Assembly (NCBI GenBank): GCA_016181935.1 | Contig: JACOYI010000005.1 | Span: forward strand, 595-64,594 | Direction of reading: 5' to 3' | Source of the DNA: Candidatus Niyogibacteria bacterium | GTDB taxonomy: Bacteria; Patescibacteriota; Minisyncoccia; HO2-45-28 | Length of the DNA stretch: 64,000 nt | Shown: positions 28,841 through 39,324 of the stretch, piece by piece | Position numbering within the stretch: position 1 is the stretch's first letter | Layout of the letters: every line of letters begins with the position of its first letter | Program-made: the position numbers and the translations under genes | The notes under the pieces: generated by a model | Databases searched by the model: none | Seen by the model: the letters and a program-made list of their open reading frames with translations, nothing else | Told to the model about the DNA's origin: nothing

Positions 28841-31426
28841 ATGGACACTCCGAGACAGGCGAGAAAAAAGATCGCGCTTCGTAGGAGAATCCGGCAATTC
28901 AGAAAAGAGCCACGGTTCCTGCGAGAGCCGAAAGCGAAGCCGTTGGCGCAAAAGATCGCAACATCAGACCTTTCGCCATCCGAGATCACAGAGCTCGTCG
29001 GACGCCCCTATGGGTATTTTCATGAGGCGCTCCGGCATCACAGCATCAAAAAGCCGCGGCATTCTCCGCGCCATATCACGTGGTCGGATGATGCGCTTCG
29101 TTATATCGTGGAAGGTTTTCAGCTGAGCCAGAGTTATTTCCGCTACAAGGCCGAAGATCGCGCGAATATCCAAAATCTCAAAGAAACAGTGATCAATATG
29201 GTCGCCCGTATTCAGAAAAAAACAGGTGAGCGCGGGAAGGTCACATGGGATGCCATTCGGCTTGCCGCAGGCCGCCTGAATGCGGACGATCTGAAGCGTA
29301 TCGGACGCGAAAAAGCGCCGCTTCCGCTCGTGTGGACGAATCTGAAAAAGCCGGAAAAAGAAAAAGCGCCGTTCTCGCCGCCTCCGGTGCCGGTGCGGCG
29401 GTGGTCGGAACCGGAAGAACTTGTGATGGATGCGGCGCAATTTGCGAAAGCAGGATTTCGCATCGGCTTCGCTTCGCGCATCGACTGGCGTTCCGCCGGA
29501 TTTCGCGCGGCCGAGCTGTTGCGCGGCGCAGAAATTTTCTGCAGCGAGGGATGCCAATTTTTCGTCATCAATGCGGGGCTGGTCCACAAGCAGTGGGCCA
29601 AAGGATTCATCAGCGAACACTTCGCCGGCCTCTCGAGGGACCGGCGCGAAGGCGCGCTGGATGTGGCGTTGGACGAGATCGCGCGCGGGCTTGCATTCGC
29701 GATCCCGCGAGTTCCGCATCCGACCGAAAAAGGGAAATTCATCAAGTGGTACATCATTCCGAGCACCCAGCACGACGGCCCGTTCGGGGAACGCATCGCG
29801 CAAAAACTGCAGGCGCTGCGGTCGGAAGATATCCGTGTTCATGATCCGCGGAGAGGGCCCTTGATCGTGAAAGCGATCAACAAGCGCATCGGCATCGTGA
29901 ATGCGCATCGGAATCGCTTGCCGTCGGAGTATCATTCGAACGCCGCTGAGCGCGACATCAAGGATTTTGAAACGCTGACGGCGCGGGACGACTACGATAT
30001 TTATGCGGTGGGCGGCCATGCGTCGAGCATCCATAATCCCCGCGGCGGCGAGCGCAAGACCCCGTATTTTACGATCCCCGCTCTGCATCGCCTCCAGGGC
30101 GACAAGGTCGCGGAAAATCAGGAGGGCGTTACCATTCTCGAATGGTCGCCGGATGGCTCCATCTATTCGTTGCGGGTGTTTCCGCTTCGGGATTGGAGCC
30201 GTGACGAGCGGATGTGCATCACCGGCACCAAGGAAGGCGCAAAGCGTATTCACCACCGGATCGTGGACGTCATCAAACGTACGGGTGCGGTCACGATCGG
30301 CATGCTGGAGGACGCGCTCGATATTTCACGCGATGTCTTGGAACGGGAGATCCAGTTTTTGGTCGAGCCGAAACCGCTGCCGCGTAAGACGTGGCCGGGT
30401 TTGCGGTACGATCCCGCGTCGCAGACCTACGATTTTTGGCTGGAATGGATCCAGGAAACCCTGCGGTACCCGAAATTGCAGAAAACCTGGGATGAGCACC
30501 GGATGCTCATGTTCGGTTGTCTCCATGCGGGGTACTGTACGACGGATTACGAATATTTCGTGAAAAAGTATCCCGAGATCATTCTGGCCCGCGGCGTCCA
30601 AACGCTCTTCGGCATCGGCGATTTCATCGCGGGTCTCCATCACGATTTTCTCTGCACCGGCGAAGTGTTCGGCGGGCTGAACAACGACGAACAGGAAACA
30701 TTCGCCGCAGAACTCACGGCGACCGTGATGCTCGCGGTATTCCGTGTCCGGTTCAGGGATATCATAGATGCGGTGCGTCCGTCGGACGCCGCGGGTATCG
30801 CATCCTGCGTCAGCCGGGCGCTTTTGGATTTTATTTACACCATCGGAAATCACGACGAGTGGCAGAGGCGCGACGGTTCGACCCCGCTCGAAACATTCCG
30901 GAGCAAATTGTGTACGGTCCTTACCGATCACATCGGGAAGATCGCCGATGGCGCCGAGGCGGTTGATATCGCCGGTATCGTGCGTTCGAAGATCACGCTC
31001 GTGCCGCAACACCGGCCGCACTATCGGTTTTCGTCGGGATCGGTGATGGGTTTGCACCATCCGTTCATGGCGAGGGCGAAGACGTCATCGCTCCGCGCGC
31101 AGGAACTGCTGAAATTTTTGCGCGAATGCCATCTGGTGGGCGCTGCGAATTTCCATACGTCGATCTTCGCGAATAGCTGGGAACCGTCGCTCGGCCAGCG
31201 ACTTGTGGCGCAGGTCGGGACGATGGTCATCGGCACGACCTTTGAAATGGGCAAAATGAAGCGCGTGGATTTCGGCCCGTTGTATGTGCGCGTCCGCGAG
31301 CAAAACGGGCGCATCATCATGACCGAAACCATGGCGTTTCCGGACCCGATCTTGCGTGACCCGATCCCGAAGGGGACGGATCCCGAAGAGTTGAAAGCGC
31401 GCCTCGGTCTGTTGCGGGCGCGATAG
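28841..31426 (+). CDS. Large protein: degenerate metallophosphoesterase + wHTH + calcineurin-like metallophosphoesterase
   Basis: C-terminal FGCLH, GIGD, GNHD, LHHP and NFH motifs; central HTH-like segment. Confidence 0.65.
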   Translation: MDTPRQARKKIALRRRIRQFRKEPRFLREPKAKPLAQKIATSDLSPSEITELVGRPYGYFHEALRHHSIKKPRHSPRHITWSDDALRYIVEGFQLSQSYFRYKAEDRANIQNLKETVINMVARIQKKTGERGKVTWDAIRLAAGRLNADDLKRIGREKAPLPLVWTNLKKPEKEKAPFSPPPVPVRRWSEPEELVMDAAQFAKAGFRIGFASRIDWRSAGFRAAELLRGAEIFCSEGCQFFVINAGLVHKQWAKGFISEHFAGLSRDRREGALDVALDEIARGLAFAIPRVPHPTEKGKFIKWYIIPSTQHDGPFGERIAQKLQALRSEDIRVHDPRRGPLIVKAINKRIGIVNAHRNRLPSEYHSNAAERDIKDFETLTARDDYDIYAVGGHASSIHNPRGGERKTPYFTIPALHRLQGDKVAENQEGVTILEWSPDGSIYSLRVFPLRDWSRDERMCITGTKEGAKRIHHRIVDVIKRTGAVTIGMLEDALDISRDVLEREIQFLVEPKPLPRKTWPGLRYDPASQTYDFWLEWIQETLRYPKLQKTWDEHRMLMFGCLHAGYCTTDYEYFVKKYPEIILARGVQTLFGIGDFIAGLHHDFLCTGEVFGGLNNDEQETFAAELTATVMLAVFRVRFRDIIDAVRPSDAAGIASCVSRALLDFIYTIGNHDEWQRRDGSTPLETFRSKLCTVLTDHIGKIADGAEAVDIAGIVRSKITLVPQHRPHYRFSSGSVMGLHHPFMARAKTSSLRAQELLKFLRECHLVGAANFHTSIFANSWEPSLGQRLVAQVGTMVIGTTFEMGKMKRVDFGPLYVRVREQNGRIIMTETMAFPDPILRDPIPKGTDPEELKARLGLLRAR

Positions 31427-31513
31427 AAAGCGATGAGCCCTGTTCCTTGCGAGGAATGGGGCTTTTTCTTTGGTATACTGGAAGCAAATCGCTTTTTGAC
31501 AACAGGAGAACCC

Positions 31514-33967
31514 ATGGCACACGATGCTGAAACGAAATTTCCTTCCGTGGTTCCGCTCTTTTGGTCGGATGTAACGATATTTCCGGGTCCGTGCGTGCGG
31601 CGGCTCAGTTTTCCGGTTGATCAAGATACGGTCCGCAATTTACAGGAGGCGACCAAGGGCGGATATTGCTTTGTGACATCCGCACCGAATGTCGAGGAAT
31701 TGCCCGGCGGGTCGCTGTGCAAAATTACGAAATTCCGTCCATTCGTTGGGCGTGAGATCGTTTTCATTCAGTATGTGGCGCTCGCGCGGGGGCACGTTAC
31801 ACAGATGCAGGAACCGCGGTCGGATTACGCGTTTGTCGAATGGAAACAGATCGACGATGTGCTGCCGCTTGAGGCACAGTTGGATGCGATGCTCCCGGCG
31901 GTCATAGAATTGCGTTCGTTGTTTGCGGAATTCGTCCGAATACTGGAGCTTCAAAGCACTCCGCGCATTGTTGTGGATCATACGCTGGGCGAAGGAATTG
32001 CCGCGCGCGCTCTCCGGCATCTGCAGGGACCGACGATCCAGAATATTTCGGAGATGATCGACGACGTGATGAACTTGGTAAGCGCAATGCCTCTTACGAA
32101 CGACGAACTTATCTCCGTGGTTCATGCGTATTTGCGTTCGATTCTTTGCGATGAGAGCGTTGAGGGGCGCATTGTGAAAGCGAACGAACTATTTCGTCTT
32201 ATTTTGCCCAAGAAAGAACTCGAACCCGCTTTTCATGGAGCGGCGGGCATCGGTAAAGGCGGGAAGAACAAAGTAGAGGATTATCGCAAACGGTTCGAGG
32301 AGATCAAACAGTACATTCCGAAGGAAAAATGGCCGCAGATCGAACGGGAAATTGTTTATGCGCAGGGCGATGATTCGAACGCCCGAGTATCGCGCAATTA
32401 CGTCGATTGTATGCTATCGATGCCGTGGGGCGTTTACACGGAGGATACGAAAGATCTGGTGCGTGTCCAGCAGGTTTTGGATGAGGATCATGACGGGCTG
32501 AAGAAAGTAAAAGAGCAGATCCTGAAATTCGTGGCGATCCGCCAATTGAATCCGTCCGCAAAAGGGCCGATTTTGTGTTTGGTCGGTCCGCCCGGCGTCG
32601 GCAAAACATCCATCGGCAAATCCATTGCGCGCTCTCTCGGACGAAAATTCGCGCGCATGGCGCTCGGCGGTGTGCGGGATGAGGCGGAACTCCGCGGTCA
32701 TCGCCGGACATACGTCGGCGCCATTCTGGGGAAGATCGCCACTATGATCCGCGATAGCGGAAGCTTCAATCCGCTGATCGTGCTCGATGAAGTGGACAAG
32801 GTGGGTCTGCATTTCGGGCATGATGACGTGGCGTCGGCGTTGCTTGAAGTTTTGGATCCCGAGCAGAATTCTTCTTTTGATGAGTATTATTTGGATATCC
32901 CACTCGATCTTTCACATAGTTTTTTTCTGACAACGGCGAATCTTGCGGAACCTATCATGCCGGCGCTCCGCGACCGGATGAAGATCATCCATCTCCCCGG
33001 TTATACGCCGCAGGAAAAAGTCGCGATCGCGGCCAATCATTTGATCCCGAAGCAGAAAAAAGAATGTGGGATCCCCATCGATCGCGATGGAAAAAAGGTG
33101 GATGCCGTGATCGCCCGCGAAACTCTTTCCGATATCATTCAGCGCTATACCTATGAGGCCGGCGTTCGCAATCTTGAGCAAATGATCTACGGGATTTTTG
33201 GGGAAGTGGATGTGGATTTTTTGAAGAAACCGGCGGAATACGGGCCAGATACCGTGATAACCGTCACTTCGGAGAATCTTTCTCGGTGGTGCGGTAAGCC
33301 GTTGCGGCACGACCATCCGATACCCAAGCATTTTCCAGCCGGTGTCGTGCCGGCACTGGGAGTGACGGACGCGGGCGGGCACGTATTTCTATTCGAAATT
33401 TCGCTCGGCGATCAATATCAGGAACGGAAGATCAAGTTGACCGGCGTTCGCGCTCCGCACGATCCGAAGGAGTCGGTGAATAAGATCGAAGAGTCGCTGC
33501 AGATCGCATTCGGTTATTTTTCATCGCGGACCGGACTTTTGTGCGAACGCATTCGGAAACTCGAAGCAGAGCACCCGTTGTATGTGCAGGGGAATCTGAC
33601 GGATGACGCGCCGAAGGATGGGCCGTCGGCGGGTGTTGCTGCCGCTGTCGCTTTGTATGGCGCGTTGACGGAAACGCCGGTTTCTGTGTTGCTTGCGGCA
33701 ACCGGCGCGATCTCGCTTTCGGGCGCAGTGGCGGCGGTCGGCGGCATTCGGGATAAGGTTCTGGCGGCGCATCGCGCCGGCATTCACAATGTTATTCTTC
33801 CGAAGGTGAACGAGTCGGATATCGAAGAAATTCCGGATGATGTCCGCTCGGAAATGCAGATCTTTCCGGTCTCGACGATTTTGGAAGCGCTCGAGGTCGC
33901 GTTTCCGAACGATCCGAGAATTCCGGCATTCATTGCGTCCTGCAATGCAGAGCGGAGCTCATCATGA
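31514..33967 (+). CDS. lon: Lon ATP-dependent protease (divergent N-domain)
   Basis: GPPGVGKTS, GHRRTYVGA, PKDGPSAG and GGIRDK motifs. Confidence 0.92.
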   Translation: MAHDAETKFPSVVPLFWSDVTIFPGPCVRRLSFPVDQDTVRNLQEATKGGYCFVTSAPNVEELPGGSLCKITKFRPFVGREIVFIQYVALARGHVTQMQEPRSDYAFVEWKQIDDVLPLEAQLDAMLPAVIELRSLFAEFVRILELQSTPRIVVDHTLGEGIAARALRHLQGPTIQNISEMIDDVMNLVSAMPLTNDELISVVHAYLRSILCDESVEGRIVKANELFRLILPKKELEPAFHGAAGIGKGGKNKVEDYRKRFEEIKQYIPKEKWPQIEREIVYAQGDDSNARVSRNYVDCMLSMPWGVYTEDTKDLVRVQQVLDEDHDGLKKVKEQILKFVAIRQLNPSAKGPILCLVGPPGVGKTSIGKSIARSLGRKFARMALGGVRDEAELRGHRRTYVGAILGKIATMIRDSGSFNPLIVLDEVDKVGLHFGHDDVASALLEVLDPEQNSSFDEYYLDIPLDLSHSFFLTTANLAEPIMPALRDRMKIIHLPGYTPQEKVAIAANHLIPKQKKECGIPIDRDGKKVDAVIARETLSDIIQRYTYEAGVRNLEQMIYGIFGEVDVDFLKKPAEYGPDTVITVTSENLSRWCGKPLRHDHPIPKHFPAGVVPALGVTDAGGHVFLFEISLGDQYQERKIKLTGVRAPHDPKESVNKIEESLQIAFGYFSSRTGLLCERIRKLEAEHPLYVQGNLTDDAPKDGPSAGVAAAVALYGALTETPVSVLLAATGAISLSGAVAAVGGIRDKVLAAHRAGIHNVILPKVNESDIEEIPDDVRSEMQIFPVSTILEALEVAFPNDPRIPAFIASCNAERSSS

Positions 33968-33986
33968 GCTCCGTTTTTTTTGCTCG

Positions 33987-34054
33987 CCCCGTTAGAAATT
34001 CGAGGAAGTCTATAAGGATAATTTTTTGCGAATTGAGTACAATTTCTAATGGGG
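33987..34054. mobile_element. 68-bp MITE-like element, copy 1
   Basis: CCCCGTTAGAAATT...AATTTCTAATGGGG; reverse-complement homolog of 45603-45670. Confidence 0.75.
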
Positions 34055-34066
34055 TTATGATGGGGA

Positions 34067-34711
34067 ATGATTTCGAACGCTCCCGATCTCGCGGATCATC
34101 TCGAACGCATCGGTGTCCTGAAGATGCCCGCGTTGAAAAAAGCGTTCGAAGCGGTCGATCGCGCGGATTTTGTGCCCGAATCACAAAAGGAAAACGCCTA
34201 TGCGGATGAACCGCTGCCGATCGGCGAAGGACAGACGATCTCCCAGCCGTATACGGTCGCATTTATGCTCGAGCAGTTGCAGCCGCTTGAGGGCGAGCGG
34301 ATCTTGGATATCGGCGCAGGATCCGGCTGGCAAGCGGCGCTTCTTGCGCATATCGTAGGCGGGAAAGGACGGGTGGTCGCGATCGAGCGGATCAGGACGC
34401 TTTGCGATTTTGGCAGGAGGAACGTTTCAAAATATAATTTCATCCAGAAGGGGATCGTGGATTGGCGATGCGGCGACGCATCGCTCGGGGCCCCCGATGA
34501 GGAGCCGTTCGACGGCATCATCGCGGCCGCCGCATTAGAGAACGACAGAATTCCTGCCGTATGGCTCGATGGATTGCGTATCGGCGGAAGGCTTCTTTTT
34601 CCGATCTCGGGATCGCTCTGGAAATGGACCAAGCGTGCAGGTGAATTATTCGATAAAGAGGAGTTTCCCGGATTTGCATTCGTGCCGTTCGTAAAAAACC
34701 ATGACCGATAA
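34067..34711 (+). CDS. pcm: Protein-L-isoaspartate O-methyltransferase
   Basis: GQTISQPY, LDIGAGSGW and FVPF motifs. Confidence 0.92.
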   Translation: MISNAPDLADHLERIGVLKMPALKKAFEAVDRADFVPESQKENAYADEPLPIGEGQTISQPYTVAFMLEQLQPLEGERILDIGAGSGWQAALLAHIVGGKGRVVAIERIRTLCDFGRRNVSKYNFIQKGIVDWRCGDASLGAPDEEPFDGIIAAAALENDRIPAVWLDGLRIGGRLLFPISGSLWKWTKRAGELFDKEEFPGFAFVPFVKNHDR

Positions 34712-35660
34712 ATCCGCCCGAAAATGGGCAATGGTGCTGGGCGCGGGGCTTTTTGTTCTCGCGGTCATTTCCTATTTTCTCCTTTCGTACCCCCGGGAAT
34801 TTCCTGTTGGAACCGTCGTTCGGATCGAACGGGGGGCGCATTTGGATGCGGTCGCGCGACAATTTACCGAACAGCAGATCATCCGATATCCTTCGCTTTT
34901 TAAATTCATCGCATGGCTGACGACCGGCGATGCAAGCGTCAAGGCGGGGGGTTATTATTTTGAAAAGCCGCTCGGGGTCGCAGGGGTGTGGTATCGGGTG
35001 ACGCGCGGCAAATATGGCACCGAAGCCTTCAAAATCACGATCCCGGAAGGATGGACGGTGCGCCAGATGGGGGTGGAATTCGAGAAGCGCGGCCTTTTTC
35101 CGCGCATGGAATGGGAGGCGCACGCCGCGCCGTTCGAGGGGTATCTTTTTCCGGATACGTATTTTTTCCCGCTCGATGCGGCGCCGGAAACGGCGGCATC
35201 CATGATGCGGAATACCTTCAATCAAATGATGACGCTCGAACTTCAGGCGGAGATCATGCGTCAGAAAAAAACATTGCGCGAGATCGTGATCATGGCATCG
35301 CTCATTGAAAAGGAAGCGAACGGCGGTTCAACGGATGCGCCGGTCATTGCCGGTATTTTATGGAAACGCCTAGGCGAAAATATCGGCTTGCAGGTGGATG
35401 CGGCGCTCACCTATGTGACCGGCCGGCCGTCGCTCGAGCTCCGTCAGTCCGATCTCGCGCTCGACTCGCGCTACAATACCTACAAATACCGCGGATTGCC
35501 GCCGACGCCCATTTCGAATCCCGGACTCGATGCCCTTACGGCCGCGATCTATCCGCAATCCTCCCCGTATCTTTTTTATCTGCACGGGGCGGACGGCCGC
35601 GCGCATTATGCGCGCACGTTCGAGGAGCATATCCTGAACAAAGAGAGGTATTTGCGGTAG
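34701..35660 (+). CDS. mltG: Endolytic transglycosylase MltG
   Basis: TIPEG, EGYLFPDTY, MASLIEKE and YNTYKYRGLPPTPISNPG motifs. Confidence 0.93.
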   Translation: MTDKSARKWAMVLGAGLFVLAVISYFLLSYPREFPVGTVVRIERGAHLDAVARQFTEQQIIRYPSLFKFIAWLTTGDASVKAGGYYFEKPLGVAGVWYRVTRGKYGTEAFKITIPEGWTVRQMGVEFEKRGLFPRMEWEAHAAPFEGYLFPDTYFFPLDAAPETAASMMRNTFNQMMTLELQAEIMRQKKTLREIVIMASLIEKEANGGSTDAPVIAGILWKRLGENIGLQVDAALTYVTGRPSLELRQSDLALDSRYNTYKYRGLPPTPISNPGLDALTAAIYPQSSPYLFYLHGADGRAHYARTFEEHILNKERYLR

Positions 35661-35736
35661 CTATTGACAATAGGCCAATAATATAGTATAATACTTGTCT
35701 AACCTGAAAAGGGGTTATACTCCCTAAGGTTAGACT

Positions 35737-36150
35737 ATGGTCATTAACTTATTGGTGCTTGCGAGCTTGATTTCGGGTCTCTTCCCGTACTCAGCCGCAG
35801 CTTTGGGGAAGGTCGTTTCAACCGCAGAACCCATTGAGGTTCAGCCGGTCGAGACGGTTCGCGAAGTCCGTGAGGTCTGGGTGACTGCCTATTCGAGCAC
35901 TCCGGAAGAAACGGATGATACGCCGCTCATTGCCGCGTCGGGTAAAACCGTCTCCGCAGGATTTATGGCCGCGAACTTTCTTGATTTCGGTACGCGGGTA
36001 AAAATCCCCGAGCATTTCGGCGAGCAGGTATTCGTGGTTGAGGACCGTATGGCTCGTCGCAAGACCGAATTCGTCGATATCTGGATGCCGACGAAACAGG
36101 ATGCATTGAATTTCGGTATTCATCGCGCAAAAATCATTATATTAAATTAG
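35737..36150 (+). CDS. Secreted 3D-domain protein
   Basis: TAYSS...ETDDTP, VEDRM and DIWM motifs; signal peptide. Confidence 0.85.
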   Translation: MVINLLVLASLISGLFPYSAAALGKVVSTAEPIEVQPVETVREVREVWVTAYSSTPEETDDTPLIAASGKTVSAGFMAANFLDFGTRVKIPEHFGEQVFVVEDRMARRKTEFVDIWMPTKQDALNFGIHRAKIIILN

Positions 36151-36189
36151 CGCGTATGGATGCCGGAGGCATTGCTCCTGGGCATCAGA

Positions 36190-36229
36190 ACCCAGCCCCT
36201 TCTTAGGAAGGGGCTGGGTGTTTTTTCTT
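36190..36229 (+). terminator. Intrinsic terminator
   Basis: ACCCAGCCCCTTC-TTAG-GAAGGGGCTGGGT followed by a T-run. Confidence 0.8.
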
Positions 36230-36283
36230 GATTTTTTCATCATTTCTAGTACAATTTTTTTAAATGTTCTTTGAGAGGAAGCG

Positions 36284-36772
36284 ATGCAGAAGCAAAAATT
36301 CCGGCAATTCGAAGTACGGCAAGGTGCATACCAAAAATACACGAACATCACGGAAGACGTGCAAAAGGTCATTGACGAGTGGGATATCGCCAACGGTCAT
36401 GTGCATGTGATGGTCATGCATACGACCTGCACATTGCTCATTCAGGAGGCCGAGTCATGGATGATCAACGCTGATCTGTTCCGAGTGCTTGAAGAACTTG
36501 CTTCGGCAGAAGGGCATTATCGCCATGACGATCTCAGTGTTCGCACGGAAAATCTGGATCCGAACCGGCAGGAGCGCAAAAACGGTTTTGCGCATGTGCG
36601 GGCGATGCTCGTTGGGAAGCCGGAATATACGATTCCGGTGCAGGACGGGAAACTATTTCTGGGCCGATGGCAGCGGATCTTGCTTTTGGATTTTGACACG
36701 CGCGAGCGCATCCAGTCGCGGACCGTCACAGTTTCGATGATTGAAAATCCAAAATTCACAGGAGAGGGGTGA
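36284..36772 (+). CDS. YjbQ/UPF0047 family protein
   Basis: HTT, NGFAHVRA and LGRWQ motifs. Confidence 0.88.
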   Translation: MQKQKFRQFEVRQGAYQKYTNITEDVQKVIDEWDIANGHVHVMVMHTTCTLLIQEAESWMINADLFRVLEELASAEGHYRHDDLSVRTENLDPNRQERKNGFAHVRAMLVGKPEYTIPVQDGKLFLGRWQRILLLDFDTRERIQSRTVTVSMIENPKFTGEG

Positions 36773-36825
36773 AGTCCGTTTCGGCGGACTTTTTTATTTC
36801 GTCCGATTGTGGCACTATAATTTTG

Positions 36826-37935
36826 ATGAAAAGTCAAGATGTGCCGAAAGTATTCGTCGCCCTGTCGGGTGGCGTGGATAGCTCCGTGGCGGCCGCTCTG
36901 TTGCGAGAGCGGGGATTTGATGTGGTCGGCGCGCATATGAAGTGCTGGATTCCGGGAGCCGAAAACTGGGGGCTGGAAGCTGGAAATTGTGGAGCGGAAC
37001 GTGATGCGGAGGATGCGCGCCGTGTCGCCGAGGCGCTCGATATCCCGTTTTATGTATTCGATTTGGAGAAGGAATACCGCGAGCGCGTGTTTGATTATAT
37101 GCTCCGCGAATATGGAGCGGGCCGTACGCCGAATCCCGATGTGCTTTGCAATAGCGAGATCAAATTCGGCGTTTTTTTGGAGAAAGCGCTCTCGCTTGGC
37201 GCGGACTATATTGCGACGGGGCATTACGCTAGAAAAAAGCTGGAAGCTGGAAGCTGGAAGCTGGAAATTGCAAAAGATTTAAACAAAGATCAATCCTATT
37301 TTCTGTGGCGTCTTACGCAGGATCAGTTAAGCCGTACGATATTTCCCATCGGTGAATATACCAAACCCGAGGTGCGGGAACTTGCGCGAAAATACCATTT
37401 GCCGACCGCGGAAAAAAGGGATTCGCAGGGGCTTTGCTTTGTGGGGCATCTCGATTTTCACGATTATTTGCGAAGCGTATTGCCCAAGAAAACGGGCGAC
37501 GTGGTGACGACCTCCGGCAAAAAAGTGGGGGAGCATGACGGCGCGCATTTTTATACCATTGGCCAGCGGCATGGGCTCGGCATCGGCGGCGGGACGCCGT
37601 ATTATGTGGCGGCAAAAAACCTCGAAGCGAACACGCTGACGGTTGCGGAAGGCATCCATGATCCCGAATTATATGTAAAAGAAATTCATGTTGTGGATGT
37701 GAATTGGCTCTCCGGCACTGCACCTTCCAGCCTCCAGTCCCCAGCCTCCGACCTCCAGTATGACGCTCGCATCCGCTACCGCCAGCCGCTTCAAAGGTGC
37801 CACATCCAATCACTTGGAAACTCGGTTTCCAAGTTGCGGGTTGTGTTTGATGCGCCTCAGCGCGCGGCGACATCCGGCCAGTCCGCGGTGTTTTACAAAG
37901 GCGGCGAACTTTTGGGCGGGGGAATCATCGCTTGA
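36826..37935 (+). CDS. mnmA: tRNA 2-thiouridylase MnmA
   Basis: SGGVDSS, TPNPDVLCN, KDQSYFL and DSQGLCF motifs. Confidence 0.95.
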   Translation: MKSQDVPKVFVALSGGVDSSVAAALLRERGFDVVGAHMKCWIPGAENWGLEAGNCGAERDAEDARRVAEALDIPFYVFDLEKEYRERVFDYMLREYGAGRTPNPDVLCNSEIKFGVFLEKALSLGADYIATGHYARKKLEAGSWKLEIAKDLNKDQSYFLWRLTQDQLSRTIFPIGEYTKPEVRELARKYHLPTAEKRDSQGLCFVGHLDFHDYLRSVLPKKTGDVVTTSGKKVGEHDGAHFYTIGQRHGLGIGGGTPYYVAAKNLEANTLTVAEGIHDPELYVKEIHVVDVNWLSGTAPSSLQSPASDLQYDARIRYRQPLQRCHIQSLGNSVSKLRVVFDAPQRAATSGQSAVFYKGGELLGGGIIA

Positions 37936-38004
37936 CATCGTTGAGATTTCGTCATACGATTTCTTCAGTTTTCCGAACCTTCACAACCCTCACAGGAGAA
38001 AGCC

Positions 38005-38606
38005 ATGCGCATGGCACGATGGTTTGCTCTCGCCGCAGTTGCCGCGTTTTCGGGCTTCATCGTCAACGGGTGTTCGGTTTCAAAGCCGGAAAAGCCGCGG
38101 GCACCACAAGCGATGGAATACGGCTATCTCCCGCCGATTACCATGCGAAGCCGATTTATGAGCAGGTACAAACTCTGTATCGTTTTTTCCCGGAACTTGA
38201 TACGAATCAAGGGTTCATGCCCTATGCGTACAAGATTCCCGAGGGCGCCGAAGGGCTTTTCGCCATCCCGCAATGGCAAGCAATTGCCCCAACCTACAAT
38301 GAAGCGGTGGAGAAGGTATTCGCCGCTCTTGCGAGCCAGAGGACGTTCCACAATTGGCTCGAAGGCCGCCTCAGTTCCGAATATCTGCGAAGAACACAGC
38401 GCACGATCGACATGTGGGAGAAGCTCGAAAAGGAACAGCGGGTGCACGACATTGTGCTCGTTCCCGCCCAATTCGGGTTCCGCCATCGCGGAAAATCCGT
38501 CCTGCAAGCCCGCGCCTCGTTCGCCGAGAACGAGTTCGGCCTTGGCGCTTACGAAATCGGCATCATGCTCCTGACACATCCGGAGCGACTTCAGGGCTCT
38601 AGTTAT
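38005..38606 (+). pseudogene. 5' part of a lipoprotein/DGR-target-like gene (frameshift near 38130, cut by IS)
   Basis: SD + lipobox signal (VNGC) in one frame; body continues in another frame to ...PERLQGSSY at the TSD. Confidence 0.7.
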
Positions 38607-38631
38607 GGCGACTATACCTTGAGAGCAGAAT

Positions 38632-39324
38632 CTAGTAAATATAGGTTGTAATGCTTGCTTCTGCAATTTCTTTCATGTGCTCAAAAAGTTCATTTTCCTG
38701 CCATGCGTTTTCTCTGAAAAACATTGATACGGGAGCGTATCCTTCTTTCTTGTGTATAAAAATACGATTCAATGGATAAAATTCATTCATCGTGATAACT
38801 CGATCTCGAATGGATGAACCCTCTGCAAAATCATCGCCCCATCCGAAGCAAACGAATGGCGTGATTTTTTCATATTGAAGTGTGGCTCGGATACCGATAA
38901 GATTTTTTCCCAATCGTTCAATCGCATTTCCTTGCGATTGCTTTTTTAAGCCCTCGGCGATTCGCTTCTTGTTCGTGCCCTGATGTTTCATCTCAACCGC
39001 AAGTGCGATTCTTCGATAGTTTTCATCGTCTTTTTTTCGTAATACCAAAATGCCGCCGTCCGGTTTTATGTAAGAGTCCTCTTTTGAGAGCGGAGAAAAC
39101 TCCGCCCGCTTGTCATATCCTTTGATAATTCCGATCAGTTCCGACAATTTGATGGATTTTACATATTCGAGATAGTAGCCAAGATTCGCAAGGTTAAAAC
39201 GGGTATTGAGATGCTCAATGACCCTTTTCATCACCGCCGAAACCTTTTTGTCATCGCCCTTGGAAAGGACGTTTTTAGGCAAATGCTGGCTTTTGTTTCG
39301 GCGCAAGAAGTCGCTGTTGCTCAT
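38632..39324 (-). CDS. EcoRI-family type II restriction endonuclease
   Basis: IKPDGGI...EMKHQG...GNAIERL motifs parallel those of EcoRI. Confidence 0.82.
   Translation of the reverse strand: MSNSDFLRRNKSQHLPKNVLSKGDDKKVSAVMKRVIEHLNTRFNLANLGYYLEYVKSIKLSELIGIIKGYDKRAEFSPLSKEDSYIKPDGGILVLRKKDDENYRRIALAVEMKHQGTNKKRIAEGLKKQSQGNAIERLGKNLIGIRATLQYEKITPFVCFGWGDDFAEGSSIRDRVITMNEFYPLNRIFIHKKEGYAPVSMFFRENAWQENELFEHMKEIAEASITTYIY

Noticed and set aside
28964-30256. 430-aa antisense ORF and other long shadow ORFs (e.g. 1571-2590, 23161-24168, 62718-63596)
   Set aside because: They lie opposite well-supported genes in GC-rich DNA and have no recognisable motifs.
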